A stretch of 64,000 nt of DNA, taken from assembly GCA_965237415.1 (NCBI GenBank), contig CBDEFM010000002.1, forward strand, positions 416,001 through 480,000, given 5' to 3'. The notes under the pieces are model-generated. The model saw only the letters and a list, made by a program, of their open reading frames with translations. It was not told the origin of the DNA and ran no database searches. The position numbers were made by a program, and so were the translations under genes. Source of the DNA: Alphaproteobacteria bacterium. GTDB taxonomy: Bacteria > Pseudomonadota > Alphaproteobacteria > UBA828. Positions 1 to 11,118 of the stretch are shown one piece after another (position 1 is the stretch's first letter; each line of letters opens with the position of its first letter).

Positions 1-803
1 ATGTCCTTGGACCACTGCGAGGTGTTCTTTACACCCAGCGCCGCCTCGCCGACCGCTTGCAGAATCCCCTGATCGAAGGAGAAGGCCGGCCCGATGAGCG
101 GAATGTCGAGGCCGGATTGGGCATACTGCTTGAGGAAGGCGATGCCCATGCCGCCGGGCAGGAAGAAGTACACGCTGTCGGCACCCGAGGCCCGAATCTG
201 CGCGATCTCAGCCGCGTATTCGTTTGCGCCCAGCTTGGTGTAGACCTCGTCGGTGATGTCGCCCTGATAAAAGCGCTTGTAGCCGGTGAGCATGTCTCGG
301 CCGGCGGGATAGTTGGGCGCGAGGATGAAGCTGTTGGTGTAGCCGGCGTCATTCGCGTAGCCGCCGGCGGCCTCAGCAAGATTGTCGTTCTGCCAGGCGA
401 CGTTGAAGTAGTTCTTGTGACAGCGTTTGCCGGCGAGAAGCGATGGCCCCGCGTTGGGCGAGAGGTAGAACTTGCCCTGCTGCACCGCCGCGGGCACGAC
501 CGCGATGGCGAGGTTCGACCAGATGATGCCGGTCAGCACGTCGACCTTGTCGCTCTGAATCAGCTTGTCGGCAAGCTGCACAGCGATGTCCGGCTTGCGC
601 TGGTCGTCGTCCACAACCACCTCGATATCGGCGCCCGCCTGCTTGATGGCGAGCATGAAGCCGTCGCGCACGTCGATGCCGAGGGCGGCGCCGCCGCCGG
701 AAAGGGTGGTGATCATGCCGACCTTGAGCGTTTCGGCATGGGCGGCCGTTGCCAGCGCCATCGCCGCGACCGCGGCAGTCAAAAGGCTGAGTGACTTTCT
801 CAT
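1..803 (-). CDS. ABC transporter substrate-binding protein, branched-chain/aromatic-acid (LivK/PBP1) type; 3' end runs off the window
   Basis: Not in the ORF track because it is truncated. Manual translation from ATG 803 gives MRKSLSLLTAAVAAMALATAAHAETLKVGMITTLSGGGAALGIDVRDGF...VAWQNDN..., a signal peptide plus PBP1-type sequence; RBS AGGAGG upstream. Confidence 0.85.
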   Translation of the reverse strand, partial: MRKSLSLLTAAVAAMALATAAHAETLKVGMITTLSGGGAALGIDVRDGFMLAIKQAGADIEVVVDDDQRKPDIAVQLADKLIQSDKVDVLTGIIWSNLAIAVVPAAVQQGKFYLSPNAGPSLLAGKRCHKNYFNVAWQNDNLAEAAGGYANDAGYTNSFILAPNYPAGRDMLTGYKRFYQGDITDEVYTKLGANEYAAEIAQIRASGADSVYFFLPGGMGIAFLKQYAQSGLDIPLIGPAFSFDQGILQAVGEAALGVKNTSQWSKD

Positions 804-854
804 GGGTCTTGGCCTCCTATGGTGTCTCTTCGTCCTGTGGGTCAAAGGAAGCAA

Positions 855-2303
855 TCACGCACCCGCGTTGACCGGCGGGATGCGGTCCGCCCAGGGCTGC
901 GCCTGCTCCAGCTGCCCGGCGAGGCGGAACAGCAGCGCCTCGTCGAGGTCGCGCCCGACCAGCTGCGAGCCCACCGGCACGCCGTCCGACGTCCAGTGCA
1001 GCGGCAGCGAGATGCCGGGAAGCCCCGTCGCGTTGAAGGGCTGGGTGAAGGCGCAATCCGGCCCCATGATGTTCGCGTTGTAGTCGTCGCAATCGCGCGA
1101 CATGTCGTAGTAGCCGATCTTGCGCGCCACCATCGGCACCACCGGCATCAGCCACGCATCGTAGGCGGCCATGCGGCCCACGATGTCGCGGCACGTGGCG
1201 CGGAGTTGCGCGATGTCGTTGTGATGATCGACGGCCGATATGCCGCGGCCGCGCTGGATCGTCGTCCAATAGAGGTTCTCGGTCTCGTCCTGCCTGAGGG
1301 CGTGACCGACGAGCCCGGCAGAGCCGTCGAACCAGGCCGCTGTGACCACGGCGCCGATCCGCATATAGGTGTCGTAGAGCGGCCAGAAGTCGTAGGGCGC
1401 GACCTCGGGTGTGATGCGGTGGCCGAGGCTCTCCAGCAGCTTGCCGGTGTTCTCGATCCCCTCTCGCACCTCCGCATCCACCGGGGTGCAGCCATCGGGA
1501 GACGCCGTGACCATGGCGATCGAGAGGCTGCCCGGATCCTTGCCGATCTCATCGAGGTAGGGGGTGTCCGGCATGACGGCGTAGTAGGGATCGCCGGGCA
1601 TGGGGCCGCCGACGGCATCGAAGAAGGCGGCCGTGTCGCGGACTGAGCGCGAGACGCAGAGGAAGGTCACGCCGCCGTACCAGAAGTCGGCACCCGGCGC
1701 CATCGTGATGCGCCCGCGCGCGGGCTTGAGGCCGACGAGGCCGGAATGGCACGCCGGCGTGCGGATGGAGCCGCCGCCGTCGCTCGCTTCGCCCAGCGGC
1801 AGCACGCGGGCCGCGACCGCCGCCGCAGAGCCGCCGGATGAGCCGCCGGGAGTCCGCGTCGTATCCCAGGGATTGACGGTCGGGCCATACATCTTGGGCT
1901 CGGTGGAGAGCGCCCAGCCGGCCTCCGGCGAGTTCGACTTGCCGAGCAGCACGAAGCCCGCCTTCTTGACGCGCTTCACCTGCTCGTTGTCGCTCGTCGA
2001 GACGACGTCCTTGAAGTAGGGGCAGGCGTTGGTGTTCTGCAGCCCCTCCCAATCGGTCGCGATCTCCTTCACCAGCCAGGGCACGCCGCGGAAGGGGCCG
2101 TCGGGCAGCGCAGGGTCGGCCGCCATCTTGCGGCCTTCCTCGTAGGCCTTGTAGGTGAGGAAGTTGAGCGTCCCGTTGACCGCCTCGGCGCGGCGGATCG
2201 CCTCCTCCAGCACCTCGCTCGGCGAGACTTCCCCCTTCTTGACGAGGGCGGCCAGCCCCATTCCGTCAAGTTTGCCGTAAACCTCGGAAATCCCGCCCGT
2301 CAT
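855..2303 (-). CDS. Amidase-signature family amidase
   Basis: GGSSGGSAAAVAA and SDGGGSIR motifs; 482 aa. Confidence 0.9.
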   Translation of the reverse strand: MTGGISEVYGKLDGMGLAALVKKGEVSPSEVLEEAIRRAEAVNGTLNFLTYKAYEEGRKMAADPALPDGPFRGVPWLVKEIATDWEGLQNTNACPYFKDVVSTSDNEQVKRVKKAGFVLLGKSNSPEAGWALSTEPKMYGPTVNPWDTTRTPGGSSGGSAAAVAARVLPLGEASDGGGSIRTPACHSGLVGLKPARGRITMAPGADFWYGGVTFLCVSRSVRDTAAFFDAVGGPMPGDPYYAVMPDTPYLDEIGKDPGSLSIAMVTASPDGCTPVDAEVREGIENTGKLLESLGHRITPEVAPYDFWPLYDTYMRIGAVVTAAWFDGSAGLVGHALRQDETENLYWTTIQRGRGISAVDHHNDIAQLRATCRDIVGRMAAYDAWLMPVVPMVARKIGYYDMSRDCDDYNANIMGPDCAFTQPFNATGLPGISLPLHWTSDGVPVGSQLVGRDLDEALLFRLAGQLEQAQPWADRIPPVNAGA

Positions 2304-2440
2304 GCGTCCTCTCCCTGCGTCATGTGATGGCGTGAAGGTTTCGACCCGTTATCGCACGCCGGGCCCAGGCGGGATAGCCTCCGCCCGCCTCCGGCGGGAC
2401 ACCCTCGGCCTGCCAAGGGGAGCCGCAACGCGCCGCGGGT

Positions 2441-5400
2441 TTAGGCTGGCGCCGGTTGGCGCGCCGCGCCGGAGCGCGCCGCCCTCAGCCGGCGGGTCGC
2501 GTCCTCATCGAGGCGCATTGGCTCCGGCTCGATCACGACGCCGTAGTCGTCGCGGGCACGCTCGATCGTGGTGAAGCCGTCGAACACGTCGGAGAGAACG
2601 AGCACCGGATCGCGCTCCAGCGGGTCGCCGTAGCCACCCGAATTGGGAACCGTGATCTCGATGCTGTCGCCGGCGGCGAGCCGGAAGCCCGTGAACTTCG
2701 ACGGCCACGCCTCTTCGTCCGCGCCGCCGCGGTTGCGGACCACGGAGGCATTCAGCCCCGCCATGCCGCCGAAGATCCCCCAGGGCTCGTCGGATTCGTG
2801 CCGCTCCCCCTCGCAGCTGACGATGGTATCCTCCAGCATCTTGTTGACCCGCACCATGCCGATGCCGCCCCGCCACTTGCCGGCGGCACAGGAATCGTCG
2901 CGCAGCTCATAACGCTCGGTGCGGATCGGGAAGCGCCACTCCAGCTCCTCGATCGGATTGTTGCGTGTATTCGCGATGAGGCAATCCACGGCATCGAGGC
3001 CGTCCCGGTCCGGGCGCCCGCCGTAGGAGCCCTCGTCGACCTCGAGATAGAGCCAGTACTCACCCTGCTCGGTGTCGAAGCCTGAGTAGGAGATGAAGTG
3101 CAGATGCGCCGAGTTGCCGGCGGTCACCCGCTCCGGCACCACCGGAGCAAGCGCGCGCAACACCAGGTCGACGGCGCGTTGCACCTGGCAGAAGCGGGCG
3201 AAGCAAGAGCGCGGGAAGTTGGGATTGAAGATCGAGCCCTTGGGCGCGATGACATTGATCGGCCGCGTCATACCCTCGTTCTGCGGCACGTAGACCGGGT
3301 GGGTCACGGTATCGAGGAAGATCATTCGCGTGATGAACGACATGGCGGAGCAGGTCGTCCCTTCGAAGGGCACGTTGTAGCCGGTCGGCACCTCGTCGCT
3401 GGAGCCGGTGAGGTCGTAGGTGATCTCGTCGCCCTCGATGATCACCTTGACCTTGACCGGCAGTTTGCGGCCTCGGTTGACCCCGTCGTCGTCGAGATAG
3501 CCGAGCCCCGTCTCGTATTCGCCGTCGGGGATCTTGGCGATTTCCCGCCGGAGCATCTGCTCGGAATAGGTCATCCAGTGCTGGCCGGTCTCCTCGACGA
3601 CGCCCAGCCCATAGCGCTCGATCAGGTCGAGGTAGCGCCGCTTGGCGAGCTCGCAGGCCGCGATCATCGCCTGGATGTCGCCCTCGTTGGGCGTCGGCGT
3701 GCGCATGTTCTCCAGGATGTGGCGCCAGAGCCCGTCTTGCCGCACGCCTTTCACCGCGAGCTTCACGGCACGGTAGATGTTGCCTTCGGCGTAGATATCG
3801 ACCGCGTCGATGTTGATCCCCGGATAGGCGCCGCCGATATCGAGCAGGTGGGCGGACGCGCCCGCGAACCCCACAATTTCGTCCCGGTGGTAGATCGGCA
3901 TGACGATCGCGCAGTCGGGCGAGTGGGTGGCGCCATAATAAGGGTCGTTGTGGAAGATGATGTCGCCTTCGTCGATGTCCCCGTCGAGCAGCTTGATGAC
4001 GTTCTGCACGATGCGCGGCATCGCGCCCATGAACATCGGCGTCGATTCCGATTCCGCCAGCATGAGGCCGTCGCGATCGAAGATGCCAGCGCCGAGGTCC
4101 TCGGATTCGCGGATGATCGACGAATAGGACATGCGGTAGAGCACGCCCGCCATCTCCTGAGCGATGGCGGTAAACGCGCCGCCGATGACGCGCTGCATGA
4201 TCGGCGTCGCGAGGTCGTGCCCGTGCTGCGCCACTGCGTCCGCGCAGTCGATCACGATATTGCCGCGGCGGTCGATGGCCGCCTCGCAGCGGGGCGGGAT
4301 CACCACGGTCGTATCGTACTGCTCGACGACGGCGGGGCCCGCGATCCGGTCGCCCGCGCGGAGCGCAGTGCGGTCGTAGAACGGAGTCTCGTGAGTCTCG
4401 CCCTTGCCCTCGACCTCGAAGACGACCGGCTGGCGCAGCAACGGCGTCGCCTCGCCGCCGCCGCCTTCGATCTCCGGCCAGTCGAGGTCCGGGATGCGGC
4501 CGATGCCCACCGCCCGGATGTTGATGATCTCGATCGGTGCATCGAAGCGGTGGCCGTATTCGGCTTCGTGCGCGCGGTGGAAGCGGTCGGCCAGTTCTTC
4601 GATCCAGGTGTCGTCGATCTCTCCCGCCGGCGCGTCGAAGCGGACCTCGTAGCCCTGGCCGGCGTAGCGGCAGTCGGCAAGGCGGCGGATCAGGCGGTCG
4701 CCCTCGGGCACGCCGTCGGCCTCCAGCCGTGCGAGCGCCTGCGACGTCAGCTGTTCGAAGCGCGCCGCGAGATGGGCACGTTCGAGGGTCGCGAGCGGCT
4801 GGCGCTCGGTAGTCACGAACTCGTGCTGCATGTCGGTCGCCAGCAGCCCGGTGGCCGAGAGAATGCCGGGATGCGGCGGCACCAGGACCCGCGGGATTTC
4901 CAACTCCACCGCGATGTCGCAGGCGAAGAGCGGGCCGGCGCCGCCGGCGGCGACGAGCGTGAAGTCGCGCGGGTCGTAGCCGCGCCGCACGCTGTTGAGC
5001 TCGATGGCCTGCACCATGCTGAACTTCTGGATCTGCAGCGCGCCGAGCGCGGTCTCCTCAAGCGACATGTCGAGCGTGCCGGCGAGGCTCTGGACGGCCC
5101 CTAGGGCGAGGTCCGCGTGCAGCGTCATCTGCCCGCCGACGAGGCCGCGTTCGGTGCGGAGCCGGCCGAGCACCACCTGAGCGTCGGTCGAGGTGGGCTC
5201 GCTGCCGCCGCGCCCGTAACAGGCGGGGCCCGGTTCGGCGCCGGCCGATTGCGGTCCGACGCGGTAAATGCCGCCGTCGTCGACATAGGCGATGGAGCCG
5301 CCGCCCGCGCCGATGGTGTCGATATCCACCATCGGGATCATGGCCTGATAGTCGCCGATCTTGGTGTCGAGCAGATGGCGCATCCTGAGCGCACCGCCGG

Positions 5401-6304
5401 CGGCCACGCCAATATCGGCGGACGTACCGCCGATATCCAGTGTGAACACATTGTCGTAGCCGGCCATCTTGCCGGCCCAGATGCCGCCGATCAGCCCCGC
5501 GACCGGCCCCGACATCATGAGGTTGACCGGGCCGCCGGTCGCGCTATCCGCGGTCGTCATGCCGCCCGAGGACTGCATGAGACGAACGCCGCGCGGAAGA
5601 CCGGCATCGCGTAAGCCCGACTGCAGCCGGCCGACATAGCTCGCGACCCGTGGGCCCACATAGGCGTTGAGACAGGTTGTCGAGAAGCGCTCGAATTCCC
5701 GGTAGAGGGGCAGCACCTCGCTGGAGACCGAGCGGTACGCGTCGGGACATTCCTCCTGAAGGATCTGCTTGATGCGCTGCTCATGAGCCGGGTTGAGGTA
5801 GGCATGCAGCAGGCAGACGGCGATGGCGTCGACTCCCGCTTCCCGCAGCGCCCGTGCGCGCTCCCGCACCTCCGCCTCGTCCAGGGGCACGATGATCTCG
5901 CCCTTGGGCGCGGTGACCCGTTCGCGCACCGTCAGCCGGTGGCGCCGCCTTACCAACGGGCGCGACTGCCACGGCAGCTCCTGCTGGAGCGAGAAGTTGT
6001 GCGGCTTCTTGTGGCGCGCGATGTGCAGGATGTCGCGAAAGCCCTCGGTCGTGATCAGGCCGACCTCGGCGCCCTTGTGTTCGAGCGCGATGTTGGTCGC
6101 CACGGTGGTGCCGTGCAGCAGCAGGTCGACTGCCTCCAAGCTCACGCCGGCCTTGCCGCAGAGGGCGTCGACGCCCGTCATCACCGCCCGTGCCGGGTCG
6201 TCCGGCGTGGACGGCACCTTGTCGATCGTGATCGCGCCGGCCGCCTCGTCGACCAGAATCAAGTCCGTGAACGTGCCGCCGACATCTACGCCGATGCGCC
6301 GCAT
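2441..6304 (-). CDS. Fused hydantoinase A/B (5-oxoprolinase / N-methylhydantoinase family)
   Basis: N-terminal IGVDVGGTFTD, DIGGTSADI, GAGGGS and AGAEPGPACYG (HyuA) fused to SSIIRES, NDPY..HSPD, HLLDIGG and GGYGDP (HyuB); RBS GGAGGAG before ATG 6304. Confidence 0.9.
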   Translation of the reverse strand: MRRIGVDVGGTFTDLILVDEAAGAITIDKVPSTPDDPARAVMTGVDALCGKAGVSLEAVDLLLHGTTVATNIALEHKGAEVGLITTEGFRDILHIARHKKPHNFSLQQELPWQSRPLVRRRHRLTVRERVTAPKGEIIVPLDEAEVRERARALREAGVDAIAVCLLHAYLNPAHEQRIKQILQEECPDAYRSVSSEVLPLYREFERFSTTCLNAYVGPRVASYVGRLQSGLRDAGLPRGVRLMQSSGGMTTADSATGGPVNLMMSGPVAGLIGGIWAGKMAGYDNVFTLDIGGTSADIGVAAGGALRMRHLLDTKIGDYQAMIPMVDIDTIGAGGGSIAYVDDGGIYRVGPQSAGAEPGPACYGRGGSEPTSTDAQVVLGRLRTERGLVGGQMTLHADLALGAVQSLAGTLDMSLEETALGALQIQKFSMVQAIELNSVRRGYDPRDFTLVAAGGAGPLFACDIAVELEIPRVLVPPHPGILSATGLLATDMQHEFVTTERQPLATLERAHLAARFEQLTSQALARLEADGVPEGDRLIRRLADCRYAGQGYEVRFDAPAGEIDDTWIEELADRFHRAHEAEYGHRFDAPIEIINIRAVGIGRIPDLDWPEIEGGGGEATPLLRQPVVFEVEGKGETHETPFYDRTALRAGDRIAGPAVVEQYDTTVVIPPRCEAAIDRRGNIVIDCADAVAQHGHDLATPIMQRVIGGAFTAIAQEMAGVLYRMSYSSIIRESEDLGAGIFDRDGLMLAESESTPMFMGAMPRIVQNVIKLLDGDIDEGDIIFHNDPYYGATHSPDCAIVMPIYHRDEIVGFAGASAHLLDIGGAYPGINIDAVDIYAEGNIYRAVKLAVKGVRQDGLWRHILENMRTPTPNEGDIQAMIAACELAKRRYLDLIERYGLGVVEETGQHWMTYSEQMLRREIAKIPDGEYETGLGYLDDDGVNRGRKLPVKVKVIIEGDEITYDLTGSSDEVPTGYNVPFEGTTCSAMSFITRMIFLDTVTHPVYVPQNEGMTRPINVIAPKGSIFNPNFPRSCFARFCQVQRAVDLVLRALAPVVPERVTAGNSAHLHFISYSGFDTEQGEYWLYLEVDEGSYGGRPDRDGLDAVDCLIANTRNNPIEELEWRFPIRTERYELRDDSCAAGKWRGGIGMVRVNKMLEDTIVSCEGERHESDEPWGIFGGMAGLNASVVRNRGGADEEAWPSKFTGFRLAAGDSIEITVPNSGGYGDPLERDPVLVLSDVFDGFTTIERARDDYGVVIEPEPMRLDEDATRRLRAARSGAARQPAPA

Positions 6305-6602
6305 GGCTCTCCTCCTGCGTCCGCCCACGCGCCGCATGACCGTGGCGAGACGCTCACTCTGCGCCGACGCGCCTGCGAGGGGCCGGTCTCGGCTCCCTCA
6401 GGCGCCGGCATCGCCCCATCTTCGCCGACACCCGGCCGCGCGACAATTGCTATGCGAGCCCATCGACGCAGGGAAGAGCAGGGCGATGTATGCGCCTCCG
6501 GCATGAATCGGTGTCTTGTAACGGGCCGCTGCGGTCGCTACCTGACTGTTGTGGGTCGCCTTCAAGCCAGCGGGGCCCCAACAATTGGCGAGCATCGTCA
6601 CG

Positions 6603-8003
6603 ATGTTCCTGAGCGTCTTCGATATCTTCAAGGTCGGCATCGGCCCGTCCTCGTCCCACACCATGGGGCCGATGGCGGCGGCCAGGGCCTTTCTCGGCCT
6701 GCTTGTGGAGAAGGCCGACGCTGACCCACCGCCTGACGCATGGCTGCGGCTCCGCGTCTCGCTCCACGGCTCTTTGGCATTCACCGGCAAGGGCCATGCG
6801 ACGGACCGGGCGATCATGCTGGGCCTGCTCGGCCACCGCGCAGCCGATCTCGATGTGGAGAGCGCCGAGGCCGACCTGGCAGACCTCAGGCGGAGCCGGC
6901 ACTTGCCTGCACTTAACGGCATCACGCTCGTGTTCGATCCGCATCATAACATCATCTTCGACTACGGCCCGCCGCTCCCGGGCCATCCCAACGGCATGGA
7001 ATTCCAGGCAATCGACGCCGAGGGGGTGTGCTACCTGAGCCAGATCTACTTTTCGGTCGGCGGCGGCTTCATCGTGACCGAGGAACAACTCGCCGACGAC
7101 GCGGAGGAGGCGCCCGATCGGGAAGAGTCGCGCGTGCCGTATCCGTTCGAGAACGCGGCTGCCATGCTGCAGATGGCGGACGAGAGCGGCGCCTCCATCG
7201 CCGCAATGATGCTGGCGAACGAGCGCACTCTCCGCTCCGAGTCCGAGGTCGATGCCGGTATCGCGGCGCTCTGGGGCGCGATGGGCGCCTGCATCGATCA
7301 CGGACTCAAGCGGCAGGGCGAGCTCCCCGGCGGGCTCCGCGTGAAGCGGCGCGCCAGCGCGCTCTTCGAGCAGCTCTGCGACGAGCAGGGCTCCAACAGC
7401 GCGCAGCCCCACGTCTTTGCCGACTGGCTGACCGTCTATGCCATGGCGGTCAACGAAGAGAACGCCGGCGGCGGCAAGGTGGTCACGGCGCCCACCAACG
7501 GGGCCGCCGGCGTGATCCCGGCGGTGCTGCGCTACTACCTGGAGCACTGCATTGGCGCGGAGAAGGACCGGGTGGGGGAGTTTCTGCTCACCGCTGCGGC
7601 GATCGGCGGCCTCATCAAGTCAAATGCGTCGATCTCCGGTGCCGACGCCGGCTGCCAGGCGGAGGTCGGCTCGGCCGCCGCCATGGCTGCGGCCGGCCTC
7701 TGCGCGGTCCTCGACGGCACGCCGGCGCAAGTGGAGAACGCGGCCGAGATCGCGCTCGAGCACCATCTCGGCATGACCTGCGACCCGGTGGCCGGCCTCG
7801 TCCAGGTGCCCTGCATCGAGCGCAACGGCATCGGCGCCACCAAGGCCGTAGCCGCCGCTTCGCTCGCCTTGCGGGGCGACGGCACCCATTTCATGCCACT
7901 CGACAACTGCATCGAGGCGATGCGGGAGACCGGGCGGGAAATGAGCGCCAAGTTCAAGGAAACTAGTTTAGGCGGCCTCGCGGTAAACATGCCGGAGTGC
8001 TGA
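6603..8003 (+). CDS. sdaA: L-serine ammonia-lyase (Fe-S dependent, single chain)
   Basis: [48 protein letters not shown]. Confidence 0.93.
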   Translation: MFLSVFDIFKVGIGPSSSHTMGPMAAARAFLGLLVEKADADPPPDAWLRLRVSLHGSLAFTGKGHATDRAIMLGLLGHRAADLDVESAEADLADLRRSRHLPALNGITLVFDPHHNIIFDYGPPLPGHPNGMEFQAIDAEGVCYLSQIYFSVGGGFIVTEEQLADDAEEAPDREESRVPYPFENAAAMLQMADESGASIAAMMLANERTLRSESEVDAGIAALWGAMGACIDHGLKRQGELPGGLRVKRRASALFEQLCDEQGSNSAQPHVFADWLTVYAMAVNEENAGGGKVVTAPTNGAAGVIPAVLRYYLEHCIGAEKDRVGEFLLTAAAIGGLIKSNASISGADAGCQAEVGSAAAMAAAGLCAVLDGTPAQVENAAEIALEHHLGMTCDPVAGLVQVPCIERNGIGATKAVAAASLALRGDGTHFMPLDNCIEAMRETGREMSAKFKETSLGGLAVNMPEC

Positions 8004-8043
8004 GGCTGTTCGCGCCGTCGGCCAAACGATCGCTCGCCCGGCG

Positions 8044-9450
8044 TTACTCGGCCGCTTCCTCGGTTCGGCGCTCGATTAATTCCTCGGCCTGAGGCTTGCG
8101 GGGATCGAGCTCGACCGGCTCCAGCGGCGGAATCGTCGATCCGGCGGGAGCGACGCCGAGCGATTCGAATTTGCGAGCCGCCGGGAGCACACGCCGCTCC
8201 AGCGAGCCGATCCCCCTGTTGTAGCGCTCGACCGTCTGCTGCAACGCCCGGCCGAGATCGCCCATGTGCCCGCCGAAGGTCTTGATGCGCTCGTAGAGGT
8301 CGCGACCCTGCGCCGCCACCGCCTGCGCGTTCTCGGCCAGCTTCTCCTGCTGCCAGCCGTAGGCAATCGTCTTCACCAGAGCGATGAGTGTGGTCGGCGT
8401 GCTGATGAGGACGCGCTGGCGCGCGGCGCTCTCGAACAGCGCGGGATCGCTCTCGACGGCCGCTGCGAAGAAGGATTCGCCGGGGACGAACATCACGACG
8501 AACTCGGGCGTCTCGGGCAGGGCCTTCCAGTAGTCTCGCGAGGACAGCGCCCGCACATGGTCGCGAACCTGGCGCGCATGGTCGGCAATGAAGCGCTCGC
8601 GCGCTTCATCGTCGGGCGCCTCCACGGCGTTGAGGTAGGCGTCGAGCGGAGTCTTGGCATCGACGATGATCGACTTGCCGCCGGGGACGCGGATGATCAC
8701 GTCGGGCCGCAGCCGGCCTTCGTCGCCCTCGATGGTCGACTGCTCGACAAAATCAACGTGCTCGGTCATGCCGGCCATCTCGAGCACGTTCTTGAGCTGA
8801 TACTCGCCCCAGCGGCCGCGGGTCTGGGGCCGCCGCAGCGCCTGCACGAGGCGGCTGGTCTCCGAACGAAGGCCGGTCTGCCCCTCCGCCAGGCTCTTCA
8901 CCTGCTCGGTGATCGCCCGGTAGGCGCCCTCGCGGGCCTTCTCGATCGCGTCCACCTTGCTCTCGAACTTGGTGAGGCTCTCGCCGAGCGGCTTGACCAG
9001 CGTCTCGATCGCCGTGCGGCGCTTCTCCAGGTCTTCGGTCGCCGTCTGCCGGTGCTTGTCGAAGCGCTCGCTCACGAGTTTGAGAAAACTCTCGCTGTTC
9101 TTTCCGAGCGCCTCCGATGCGAGGCCCACGAACTTGCGCTCCAGCTCGGCCCCCATGCGTGTGAGCTCCTGGACGCGGGCCTCGTGGTTCTTGCGCTCGG
9201 ATTCTCGAGACGCTTCGAGCGCCGCGTTTGTCTTCTCCGCCGCCTCGAGCCGGTCTCGGAGCGCGGCGTTCTCCTCTTCGAGCCGAGGCACGCGGTCGGC
9301 TGCGACGGCAAGCCGGGCGTTCTCGGCCGCGCGTTCCTCGCGTTCCCCAGCGGCCTTCCGCGCCGCCCGGAGCGCAAGGACGGCGTAAGAGACCGCCGCG
9401 CCCGCGAGCGCTCCCAGCACGATGACGATGATCGTCAGCCCGAGGCCCAT
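8044..9450 (-). CDS. rmuC: DNA recombination protein RmuC
   Basis: N-terminal TM helix, coiled coil, RGRWGEYQL, RPDVII, IVDAKTPL, FVVMFVPGE, TPTTLIALVK. Confidence 0.92.
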   Translation of the reverse strand: MGLGLTIIVIVLGALAGAAVSYAVLALRAARKAAGEREERAAENARLAVAADRVPRLEEENAALRDRLEAAEKTNAALEASRESERKNHEARVQELTRMGAELERKFVGLASEALGKNSESFLKLVSERFDKHRQTATEDLEKRRTAIETLVKPLGESLTKFESKVDAIEKAREGAYRAITEQVKSLAEGQTGLRSETSRLVQALRRPQTRGRWGEYQLKNVLEMAGMTEHVDFVEQSTIEGDEGRLRPDVIIRVPGGKSIIVDAKTPLDAYLNAVEAPDDEARERFIADHARQVRDHVRALSSRDYWKALPETPEFVVMFVPGESFFAAAVESDPALFESAARQRVLISTPTTLIALVKTIAYGWQQEKLAENAQAVAAQGRDLYERIKTFGGHMGDLGRALQQTVERYNRGIGSLERRVLPAARKFESLGVAPAGSTIPPLEPVELDPRKPQAEELIERRTEEAAE

Positions 9451-9510
9451 GTCGTCGATCCGCCGTCCTCTCGTCGCCGGCCAGGGTACGCCGCCGAAGG
9501 CGCGCTGTCG

Positions 9511-11088
9511 TCAGAAGCTCAGGCGCTTGAGGTCGATGAGCGGCGCACGCGCACGGAGCTTGGCGAGCACATCGTCCGGAACCGCCGAATCGACGCCGAC
9601 AAGGCCGACGGCGGCGCCGCCCGGTTCCCTGCGCCCCAGACTGAACGTGGCGATGTTGACCCCGGCTTCGCCGAGGATCGTGGCAACCGCGCCGATCAGG
9701 CCCGGCTTGTCTTCGTTGGTGAAGTAAAGCATGTGCGGGCCGAGCTCGGCCTCGACCTCGATCCCCTCGACTTCCACGATCCGCCGCCCGCCGCGGCCGA
9801 TGAGCGTGCCCGCCACGGCTTGCGCGTGATCCTGCGACAGCACTTCGACGCGCATGAGAGTTTGATAGTCGGCCGTCGTCGCGCTCTTGATCTCGCGCAC
9901 GGCGATGCCGCGCTCGCGGGCGATGAAGGGGGCGTTGACGATGTTGATGTCGTCGAGGCGCGGGCCGAGCAGACCTTGCAGAGCCGCCGCCGTGAGAAGC
10001 CGCGTATCGAGCGCGCTGGCCTGGCCTTCGTAGGCGATCGTCACGCCGCGGATGCGGCCTTCCGCAATCTGGCCGGCAAAGCTCCCGATCTGCTGGGCGA
10101 GGGTCAGGTAAGGGCCGAGCTTCGCCATGTCCTCCGGCGCCACCGAGGGCGTGTTGACCGCGTTGAGCACCGTGCCGGTCAGTAGGTACTCGGCCATCTG
10201 TTGCGCGATCTGGTGCGCCACGTTCTCCTGCGCCTCGACCGTGGAGGCCCCGAGGTGGGGCGTCGCAATGACCTCGTCCAACGCGAAGAGCGGATTGTTT
10301 CGCGCCGGCTCCTCCTCGAACACGTCGAGCGCGGCACCGGCCACGTGGCCGCTCTCGATGGCGACCTTGAGGTCCGCCTCCACGACCAGCCCGCCGCGCG
10401 CGCAGTTCACGATGCGCACGCCCGGCTTGGTCTTGGCGAGCGCATCGGCGTCGACGGTCCCCCGCGTCTCGTCCGTGAGCGGCACGTGCAAGGTGATGAC
10501 GTCGGCATCGTCGAGCAGCTCGTCCATCGTCACCAGCGTCACGCCGAGGGCGGACGCACGCTGCGGCGCCAGATAGGGATCGCAGGCGATGACCCGCATT
10601 CTGAGTCCCTGGGCGAGGGCGGCGACGATGGCGCCGATGGTGCCGCAGCCGATGATGCCGAGGGTCTTGTCGCGGAGCTCGACGCCCATGAAGCGGCCGC
10701 GCTCCCACTCGCCCTTGCGCGTGGATCGATCGGCCTGCGGGATGCGCCGCGCGAGCGAGCACATCATCGCGATGGTGTGCTCGGCTGCGGTCACGGAGTT
10801 TCCGTGGGGCGTGTTCATGACCACGATGCCGCGCTTTGTCGCCGCATCCATATCGACGTTGTCGACTCCGGTGCCGGCGCGGCCGACGACCTTGAGCCGG
10901 GTCGCCCGTTCCAGCAGGTCCGGGGTCACTCTCGTCGCAGAGCGGACGACAAGGCCCTCATAGCCGGCGATGATCTCGGCCAACGCTTCGGGCGCGAGAC
11001 CCGGATGAACGCCGACCTCGATGCCGCGCTCTGCGAACGCCTTGGCGGCCACGTCGCTCATCTCGTCTGCAATCAGAACTTTCGGCAT
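9511..11088 (-). CDS. serA: D-3-phosphoglycerate dehydrogenase (with ASB/ACT domains)
   Basis: GRAGTGVDNVD, GCGTIG, NCARGG, TPHLGAST, C-terminal DKPGLIG ACT motif; downstream of serC. Confidence 0.93.
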   Translation of the reverse strand: MPKVLIADEMSDVAAKAFAERGIEVGVHPGLAPEALAEIIAGYEGLVVRSATRVTPDLLERATRLKVVGRAGTGVDNVDMDAATKRGIVVMNTPHGNSVTAAEHTIAMMCSLARRIPQADRSTRKGEWERGRFMGVELRDKTLGIIGCGTIGAIVAALAQGLRMRVIACDPYLAPQRASALGVTLVTMDELLDDADVITLHVPLTDETRGTVDADALAKTKPGVRIVNCARGGLVVEADLKVAIESGHVAGAALDVFEEEPARNNPLFALDEVIATPHLGASTVEAQENVAHQIAQQMAEYLLTGTVLNAVNTPSVAPEDMAKLGPYLTLAQQIGSFAGQIAEGRIRGVTIAYEGQASALDTRLLTAAALQGLLGPRLDDINIVNAPFIARERGIAVREIKSATTADYQTLMRVEVLSQDHAQAVAGTLIGRGGRRIVEVEGIEVEAELGPHMLYFTNEDKPGLIGAVATILGEAGVNIATFSLGRREPGGAAVGLVGVDSAVPDDVLAKLRARAPLIDLKRLSF

Positions 11089-11118
11089 CGCTCCCCGCAT
11101 CGGCGGCCTGGCGGCCTA

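Noticed and set aside
6305-6602. Glycine or other riboswitch upstream of sdaA
   Set aside because: No GGAGA...GAAG...CUCAGG aptamer pattern in the right order and orientation.
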